DNA of 63,281 nt, counting the filler, from Collodictyon triciliatum (lineage: Eukaryota): NCBI GenBank assembly GCA_043381765.1. It is 17 parts of 17 records of this genome, joined end to end, with 100 filler letters (N's around TTAATTAATTAA, not from the genome) between each part and the next. Parts side by side here need not be neighbours in the genome. Positions count along the whole stretch, not along the records: positions 55,082 to 57,418 come from JBHJMP010006824.1; positions 57,519 to 61,345 come from JBHJMP010006826.1; positions 61,446 to 63,281 come from JBHJMP010006851.1; 14 more parts are not named here. One strand, given 5' to 3'. This document shows positions 55,331 through 63,281 of the stretch, one piece after another (the stretch's first letter is position 1; each line of letters begins with the position of its first letter). The translations under genes were made by a program, and so were the position numbers. The notes under the pieces are model-generated. The model saw only the letters and a list, made by a program, of their open reading frames with translations, did no database searches and was not told the DNA's origin.

Positions 55331-56203
55331 TTTTCTCTTTTTTCATTTTCTCTCTGTTTCTTCTCTCTTTTTCTTTCTCTCTTTTTGTTTTCTCTTTTCT
55401 CTCTTTTTCTCTCTTTTCTCTCTTTTTCTCTCTTTTCTTCTCTTTTCTCTCTTTTTCTCTCTTTTCTCTCTTTTTTCTTTTCTCTCTTTTTTCTTTTCTC
55501 TTTTTTTCTCTCTTTTTCTCTTTCTCTTTTCTCTCTTTTCTCTCTCTCTTTTTCTCTCTTTTCTCTTTTCTCTTTTTTTTTCTCTTTTCTTCTCTTTTTT
55601 CTCATTCTTCTCTTTTTGTTTTCTCTCTTTTTTTTTTCTTTCTTTTTCTCTCTTTTTCTTTCTCTCTTTTTCTGTCTTTTCTTCTTTTTTCTTCTTTTTC
55701 TTTCTTCTCTTTTTCTTTCTTCTCTTCTCTTTTTTTCTTTTCTCTTTTTTTCTTTTCTCTTTTTTTCTTTTCTCTTTTTTTCTCTCTTTCTTCTCTTCTC
55801 TTTTTCTCTTTTTTCTCTCTTTTTTCTCATTCTCTCTTTTCTCTTTTTCTTCTTTTTTTCTCTCTTTTTCTCTTTCTCTTTTCTCTCTTTTTCTCTCTTT
55901 TCTTCTCTTTTCTCTCTTTTTCTCTCTTTTCTTTTTCTTTCTCTCTTTTTCTCTCTTTTCTTCTCTTTTTTTCTTTTCTCTTTTTTTCTCTCTTTCTTCT
56001 CTTCTCTTTTTCTCTTTTTTCTTCTCTTTTTCTCTTTTTTCTTCTCTTTTCTTCTCTTTTCTTCTCTTTTTTTCTTTCTTTCTCTCTTTTTGTTTTCTCC
56101 TTTTTTTCTCTCTTTTTCTCTCTTTTCTCTCTCTCTCTTTCTTCTTTTCTCTTTTTTTCTCTTCTTTTTCTTTTCTCTCTTTTCTTCTCTTTTTTCTCTC
56201 TTT

Positions 56204-56234
<31 letters not shown>

Positions 56235-56545
56235 TTTTTCTCTTTTTTCATTTTCTCTCTTTTTTCTCTTTTTTCTTTCTCTCTTTTTGTTTTCTCTCTT
56301 CTTCTCTTTTTGTTTTCTCTCTTTTTTTTTTTCTTTCTTTTTCTCTCTTTTTCTTTCTCTCTTTTTCTGTCTTTTCTTCTTTTTTCTTCTTTCTCTCTTT
56401 TTGTTTTCTCTCTTTTCTTCTCTTTTTTCTCTTTTTTCTCTCTTTTTCTCTCTTTTTCTCTCTTTTTCTTTTTTTCTTTTTTTCTTTTTTTCTCTCTTTT
56501 TTCTTTTTTTCTCCCTTTTTTCTTTTTTTCTCTCTTTTTTTCTCC
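55126..56545. repeat. Long degenerate polypyrimidine (C/T) low-complexity tract; a second tract lies at 56945-57418
   Basis: ~1.4 kb almost purely C/T with re-used sub-blocks. Confidence 0.95.
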
Positions 56546-56853
56546 CTTTGAAGGGTTGGACATGCCCGTCTCCTTTTCTTTGCTGCCGGCGTCCCATGGC
56601 CGTGCACAGAGATCGAAGCGTAAGAGCGGCGCTGCACCACCCCACCACCACCACCACCTCAAAGACGAGGATCAGAGAATCGCTGTTGCCGTTCGGCCCA
56701 CGACAAATCGGACCCGCAGCCGAAGGTTTTGCCCCGTCAACAGGAAGCAAAAATGGAATAGGATGTGTGGAAATATGAACAAAATATGAAAAGAAAAAAA
56801 AAAAGAGAGAAGAAACTCACACAACATCAAGGAGGCGATCTGTTGAAAATCAA

Positions 56854-56931
56854 ATGCTAACCAGTGGAAGCGCGCAGGGAATGTTGGCCAATCAAGACAA
56901 GTTGAGGCCGCTGCCGGTTCCGTCTTTGCAG
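56854..56931 (+). CDS. N-terminal exon of a carnitine/choline O-acyltransferase
   Basis: MLANQDKLRPLPVPSLQ followed by a GT donor; fits the Q..LP.LPVP.L family start motif. Confidence 0.5.
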
Positions 56932-59204
56932 GTTTCTATTTCTGTCTTTCTCCTTTTCTCTTTTCTCTTTTTTTCTCTTTTTTTCTCTTTTTTTCTCTTT
57001 TTTTCTCTTTTTTTCTCTTTTTCCTTTTTCCTTTTTCTCTTCTTTTCTCTTTTTTTTCTCTTTTTTTCTCTTTTTTTCTCTTTTTTTCTCTTTTTTTCTC
57101 TTTTTTTCTCTTTTTTTCTCTTTTTCCTTTTTCCTTTTTCCTTTTCTCTTTTTCCTTTTCTCTTTTCTCTTTTTTTCTCTTTTTCCTTTTTCTCTTCTTT
57201 TCTCTTTTCTCTTCTTTTCTCTTCTTTTCTCTTCTTTTCTCTTCTTTTCTCTTCTTTTCTCTTCTTTTCTCTTCTTTTCTCTTCTTTTCTCTTCTTTTCT
57301 CTTCTTTTCTCTTTTTCCTTTTTCCTTTTTCCTTTTTCCTTTTTCCTTTTTCCTTTTTCCTTTTTCCTTTTTCCTTTTTCCTTTTTCCTTTTTCTCTTTT
57401 TCCTTTTTCCTTTTTCTTNNNNNNNNNNNNNNNNNNNNNNNNNNNNNNNNNNNNNNNNNNNNTTAATTAATTAANNNNNNNNNNNNNNNNNNNNNNNNNN
57501 NNNNNNNNNNNNNNNNNNTATCTATAATCATATAAGCTGGCACCTTTTTAAACATTCCCTCTAATATTTTGTCATATTGAAAATGAAAGTGACTAAAAAC
57601 AGTGCGCCAATACGGAAGAACTTCCAGCAAAAATCACAGCGCCACAAAACCCACGTATTTGAATGTGAACTTCCACGACAAGGTCTCTATATAGGTTAAC
57701 ACGCGACATCAGAAAAATCAGTCATGCAGTATCACACAGAAGGCGAGTGCTATGAACACATCCTAAACATGCAGCTATAAAAATGTAAAAATCTCTCCTA
57801 AAACTCTTCAAACATACACAAAATAATATACCACCAACATGCTCCAGTCAGGTGGGCACTGTGAGTGAGTCCCGTTAGGATGAAGACTTTGACAGGGTTG
57901 AAAAAATCAGTAGATATTGTTTGACAGAACCAGATGTCTAATATTTATTTTTCGCACTATAGTATGTGGAATAGCCCTTCAAGATATTCTATATAATCAA
58001 GCCAAAATAAATGGCACACACCACCTTCGCTCTCTTCTCTTCTTTCAAGGGAAATCAAAAAATGTGATGCAAAATTGTACTTTGGTGCACCTTAATAGGT
58101 CTATTCAGAAAAGAATGTAAGTTAAAATCATTTTTACGGATGTACTCTAGACTATAGTGAGTTGTGGGCTGTGATTTCATTTTCATTTATCATTCTGTCT
58201 GAACCTATGGCACTCTTTCATAGAAACTCGAATTGATTTTTTTGGCATTCGCAATATTTTTGGTTAAGAGCCATCAGAATTATTAGATGAAAAAGGGATG
58301 TCATTTATTTTATTGATTCCATACAATTTATGGATATGTAAAAAAAAAAAACTTAAAGCAGCATCTACACATATACCAAAAACTTCTTGATTAAAATATG
58401 CGAGTAATGATTGTATATCGGTAGCACTTTTCCTCAGAATATTCTGACTTTACTCTTTCTGTCTCTCAAAAATAGGGTAGAAAGAGTCTCCTGGTAGTTG
58501 GAAAGTTATTTGTCCACAGTGAAAGCTTATATTTCGAATGTTTTCTGGGTGGATATGTATCGATGTATTTACATTTGTGCTTCTTACCTTATTTTTTAAT
58601 TCTTCTGAAAAGTAAGCTCATAGCCAATTTTCAAATGTATGTACTTGATTGAGCAGGGATGCCTAAAATGTATCTGATATCTGCAATTTCCTGTTGACTT
58701 GATAGCCCCTGAGACAGAGACAATATGAAATATAGACCGCTTCTCTCATGTGGTATTGGTTGGCTTCGAATCAAGTTAAGAGAAAAATGTGATGTTAGTT
58801 GGCTACATCTTTTTCTTGGGTGGAGTACTCTCAGATTTTGTTGCTCGTTTCAGTTCAGTTTTCTGGCAAAACAGAAACAAAATTCATCATGATTATAATG
58901 ACAAATGTTATCATGGACATCTAATCCAAGTCTCATACCCGAGGTCCGGACTTCAGGGCCAAGGTACACCCTAACCCACAAATTATAATGGCTGGTTTTT
59001 TGATATTTCTTTCTCGATTACATATCTTGATAGCATTTGGTGTTTGGGTTGTTAATTTTGAAGCTAAAATATCATGACATGATACATTCAGGGTATTTGA
59101 AGTAAGGAATAAGCAAGTTTCACCTTTGGTTTAATTATGCTACCAGCGCACTCATCTAGATACTTTGACATGATGGCGCCAGTCAGCCTCGTGCGGGGTG
59201 GAGC

Positions 59205-60690
59205 TTGCATCGGGAAGCGGAACCTCTTGTTCGATATTTTGTGGCTGACTTACCGCGATCAAAAAGTGCGATTGAGAACGAACTCTTCAAAGACGGCGAC
59301 TGCTTTTTCCGCCTTCGGGGCAACCCACAGCCTGTTCTCTCTTTCGCAAACCGTAGTAATATGTGCAAACAACTGCATGCTGTAATGGATATCAAATATC
59401 GTCATGAAAAGGACGTGACACTTATGATGGACAACCCTGCCCTCAGACTCAGAATCGCCCTCCCAAGAAAAGAAAACGCAGTCGCCTTCATTAAAGAGAG
59501 GTCTTTCCAGCTCCTCAATCTCCAATACACCCCATGCCAGTAAAAACTGTCACAAAGGATGCGCACCTGTCTAACATACCGCTGGGGGTCAGCTGGACTG
59601 ATATTTTTAAGGCATGTAGTGAATACTTTACCCAATCAAAGTCAACTGGAAAAAGCCTGGAGTAATATGCATGGATGATTCACTCATTACTTTTGACAAA
59701 GTACAGGAAGAAATGGGGAAAATACCAACCTTTGTCTTCATTCATGGTAGACGCTGTGGCGTGGAGATATGCGCCCTCAAAGATTTTGGCATATCATCAA
59801 CTCTCCCCAACAAAGAAGGGAATGACACAAAAGGTCAAGCCACAAAAAAAAGAGCTACTGCCAAGCCAAGCACCAAAAAACAAGCGACCACCAAAAAACA
59901 AAACGCCACCACTCGCTTCTCGGGCTTCAACACAAAAGTAGCCGACTTCAGCACTAAAGAATGACTAACCGTGCAGGAATCGTCTGTGCAAAACAAGCCC
60001 AGAGCCTAACAACAAGGCCAAAGGCAAGGCGTTTCGTCTTCTAATGCCAGAGGGAGAAATCGTGACGAGACATCCGCGGATGAAGTGCTGGAAGTCTCAA
60101 CAAGAAAAAGGTTCAGGGACGGCCCCAAAATCAAGAAATGAATATTGAAATGATGGACGAAACACCAGGCGATTTTCCCGAAAGTGCCTCATCAAGTTCT
60201 CCAATGAACACAGAGGAAGAAATATCAGTATTTGAATCGCTTCTTTCCAAGTGGAGGAAACATCGCATGCCTCCAAGATTTCCAACCTCCCCAAGCCGAT
60301 GATATTTCACCAAACCCTCATTCAAATAATGAAAAAGATGCCGAGGAAAGGGAAACCCAAGCCAACTCGGTAACAGAATCGGGAAACAGCATAATGGCAC
60401 CCAGCAAACCACATCCACTAGCCACCTTAGATGTCATGGCTCCTGGAACCACTCAAGAGACTCTTTCTTCAGCAAGTACTGCGCAATCCATAAGAAGCGA
60501 CGTCCCAGACTCGGGATTGGATTAACAACAGTCCATCCAACCTGTCGTTATCACAGAAGGTTCTGTTGCAGAAGACAGAGAACACTTTGAAGATTCGGGA
60601 ACGACAAATGACTCGTCAAGTACTATTTATGGGAGCAGACCTGCTGTCGAAACTCTTGCGACTCCCCAGCGGGAAAATATTCCAATCTAA
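59205..60690 (+). pseudogene. Frameshifted intronless ORF resembling L1/Tx1-type retrotransposon ORF1 (RRM-like + low-complexity tail)
   Basis: Across frameshifts: AHLSNIPLGVSWTDIFKACSEYF...LITFD...KIPTFVFIHGRRCGVEI resembles the LSN[IV]P...IP....I.G RRM of Tx1/L1 ORF1. No clear zinc knuckle seen. Confidence 0.35.
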
Positions 60691-61639
60691 TAAAAAAGAA
60701 ACGTAGATGAATGTTTAAAAAAAAATAATACTGCAAATCAATCAACCGCTACAGGCATCATAAAGGAATGAAGCTCCTTCAAGCGACACAGCCTGATTCT
60801 CCCCTGCATTCAACCTCAGAAGCCTCAATTTCTGGTCGACCCGTGATAGAAACAGATTTTGGCAGGCTGCCCGACCATGGGCAAAAATACCTAACAGTCC
60901 AAATTCTATCTCCAAAAGATAACATGTCAACCATCGCAAGGGAAAACCCGTCACATCCTGTCCTGGCCAAATGCCCGACTTCTCCTTTGTTGGATATTCC
61001 CGCCATGTTTCCATGTCACTTATATTTTTCTTATGTATGTAGAAAAATATAAGTAACATTCCCGATACACATATGTCCTCTGATTCGCGCAAACATGGGA
61101 TTCGAAAAGGCTCTGAGATAGCTCCAGTCCTAAAATCGTCAGCATACACCCTCAGCCGAACACAATATGGCCGGTTCAATAGACCGATCATCTGGAATGA
61201 AAAAAACATTAAACAAGCAGTTAAAATGATGGGTCCCTTCTGCCAACAGAGAATGGAACTCCTCTTTAAGAGGTTTAAACTGATTCCAAAAAAAACTGGA
61301 AAATATCTCACTAGAGGAGGACACATTGGTGGAATACGATGGAGANNNNNNNNNNNNNNNNNNNNNNNNNNNNNNNNNNNNNNNNNNNNTTAATTAATTA
61401 ANNNNNNNNNNNNNNNNNNNNNNNNNNNNNNNNNNNNNNNNNNNNAACAAACAAACAAACAAACAAACAAACAAACAAACAAACAAACAAACAAACAAAC
61501 AAACAAACAAACAAACAAACAAACAAACAAACAAACAAACAAACAAACAAACAAACAAACAAACATAGAAGAAAAAAACCAAAAGAAAGAAAGAGAAAGA
61601 AAGAACAACGATATAGAGTCAAGAAAAGACACTTCCCAG

Positions 61640-63127
61640 ATGGAGTCGACGTCGTACGACACGAGCTTTATGGACTTGCAGCCCACCCCGATTGCAACTA
61701 ATGTCGTCCCACTGACTTCTCGAAAATACTTTGGGGGACCCGTTTCGCCGTTCGGCCCTTCACTGGACACTGGCGAGCTGATCCTTGGGCGGCTGATCGG
61801 CCGAGGTGGCTTTGGACAGGTCTACGAAGGCCACCTGAAAGGAACACGCGTGGCTGTGAAGCGAATCCCACTGCGGGCTGCAAATACAGATGTTGCCGAG
61901 GACGGCGCCGAAGACATCCACAAGACCAGAAACCGTATGAAGCCAGCCACTAAAGAACCTGCTTGGCTTCGTGAAGTTCGAGTCATGGAGACAGTGCGCC
62001 ATCCAAATATCATTTTTTACTACGGGACACGTCTTATGGAAGAACACATAGACCTGGTGATGGAATATGCAGAGGGTGGGAGTCTGCGTAAGCTGCTTCT
62101 CGATCGCGGACAAGGCTTGCTTCTCGGGGACGTATACCAGCTCGCTCGGCAGATTGCGGCTGGGCTAGAGTATCTCTACAATCTAGTGCCACCCATAGCA
62201 CACCGCGACGTTAAAAGTGACAATATCCTTCTGGTCAATCGTGTGGCAAAACTGTCAGACTTTGGGGTGGCGAAGTGGCGGATGAACGACTCGATGAACG
62301 GCTCTTCTGGAGTTGCAGCCAGGTCTGTCAATCGGGTTTCATCTGCCACTGTCGGAGGCACGCTCAACTTCATGGCTCCAGAATGCTTTGGCGACTTGGA
62401 GGACGAAACTGTAGCTCCAAGACATCTAGGCCTCAAGAGCGATGTGTATTCATATGGCATGGTTATATATGAGATGCTTTCGGCAAAGCTCCCTTTCGAT
62501 GGACTGTCCCAGATACATATTATTAATCGTGTGTTGCAGGGGTATAGACCCATTTTACCGACAAACATCCCTGCACAACTCAATCATTTGATGTTCCAAA
62601 CGTGGCGTCCATCTCCTGCTGACCGCCCCACATTTACTGAAATCATCCAAATCTTGGCAGCGGTACCGATAAACACTGACCCACAGCCAGTCATAAATCA
62701 GGGCATCCTAACCAGGAGGTCAACCATTTCTCCAGTATTTGAACCCGTACAACAACCTCCAAAAGAGTATCCAGACTCGTCCTCCTTGCTATCAAGCACT
62801 ATAATTGATTCCACAGAATCATCCAATCACAAATCCTCATCACATCAGTCCTCTTCCAATCAGATTTTCGCACAGCACCCCCCTATGAGGCAACCAGATA
62901 ATGAGGCATTGGTCAACGAACTTGAGGAAGCAAATGTGCTACCTCACATAGTCTCCTTTTTTCGAGAAAATAGACTCACGATGGAAGAGTTTTTAATGAT
63001 GGAAGAACGAGAATTCATCCAAGACATTCCCAACATAAAAAAGTTTGATGTCAGAAGACTCCTAGGAATACAGAGGAAATATGGTAGACTAAATGTAAGT
63101 CATCAATTACATGGTCTCACCCCTTGA
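61640..63127 (+). CDS. Intronless TKL/MAP3K-like protein kinase with C-terminal SAM-like domain (495 aa, complete)
   Basis: IGRGGFGQV, VAVK, HPNI, HRDVKSDN, DFG, GTLNFMAPE, DVYSYG, RPTF; C-terminal VSFFRENRLTMEEFLMMEEREFIQDIPNIKKFDVRRLL is SAM-like. Confidence 0.93.
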   Translation: MESTSYDTSFMDLQPTPIATNVVPLTSRKYFGGPVSPFGPSLDTGELILGRLIGRGGFGQVYEGHLKGTRVAVKRIPLRAANTDVAEDGAEDIHKTRNRMKPATKEPAWLREVRVMETVRHPNIIFYYGTRLMEEHIDLVMEYAEGGSLRKLLLDRGQGLLLGDVYQLARQIAAGLEYLYNLVPPIAHRDVKSDNILLVNRVAKLSDFGVAKWRMNDSMNGSSGVAARSVNRVSSATVGGTLNFMAPECFGDLEDETVAPRHLGLKSDVYSYGMVIYEMLSAKLPFDGLSQIHIINRVLQGYRPILPTNIPAQLNHLMFQTWRPSPADRPTFTEIIQILAAVPINTDPQPVINQGILTRRSTISPVFEPVQQPPKEYPDSSSLLSSTIIDSTESSNHKSSSHQSSSNQIFAQHPPMRQPDNEALVNELEEANVLPHIVSFFRENRLTMEEFLMMEEREFIQDIPNIKKFDVRRLLGIQRKYGRLNVSHQLHGLTP

Positions 63128-63281
63128 TGGCTTATATTTAAGATCATTCGACCTTTCATTTACATTCTTCTGTTTCGTGTACTTGCCATGATTTTACGAG
63201 AATAAAACTTGTAATTGTGACTGCAAAATAAAAAGAGCATTTCAAATCTCACCTTACACACACACACACACACACACACAC

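Noticed and set aside
55030-57474. Long K/R/E-rich and F/S/L-rich ORFs (266-481 aa)
   Set aside because: These are translations of polypyrimidine low-complexity DNA. The same applies to ORFs running through microsatellites or N runs elsewhere.
58160-58900. Possible GRAM/PH-like exons (LLVVGKLFVHSESLYFECFLG)
   Set aside because: Too short and interrupted by stops to call.

Overview
This is not one locus. It is a concatenation of about 17 short (mostly ~3.83 kb, roughly size-sorted) contigs from an intron-rich, microsatellite-rich unicellular eukaryote. They are joined by artificial 100-nt spacers (N44-TTAATTAATTAA-N44), so neighbourhood across spacers means nothing. Manual splicing identifies partial host genes for: C9orf72, a lipocalin-like protein, (6-4) photolyase, a soluble (ADCY10-type) adenylyl cyclase, a kelch/CUB protein, MCRS1, a coiled-coil protein, an LRR-kinase, a probable CENP-M, a cAR/GCR1-type GPCR, a RegA-like pseudo-receiver cAMP phosphodiesterase, a Mei2-like RRM protein, Rpp20/POP7, a carnitine acyltransferase N-terminus and an intronless TKL kinase-SAM gene. 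The most notable non-routine content: (1) a decayed endogenous Polinton-like virus (PLV) segment at 39341-42060, with a near full-length major capsid pseudogene, a small TM/Cys-cluster ORF, a DUF5754-like ORF and a hairpin tandem repeat; (2) two divergent non-LTR retrotransposon 3' ends that both carry a C-terminal PCNA-binding (PIP)-type motif; (3) an intronless >1200-aa coiled-coil ORF, possibly viral; (4) a contig whose ends overlap by 34 bp inside a GPCR gene (tandem array or circle); (5) a candidate PIP box on the photolyase tail. All family assignments come from motif recognition by eye; no database searches were run.
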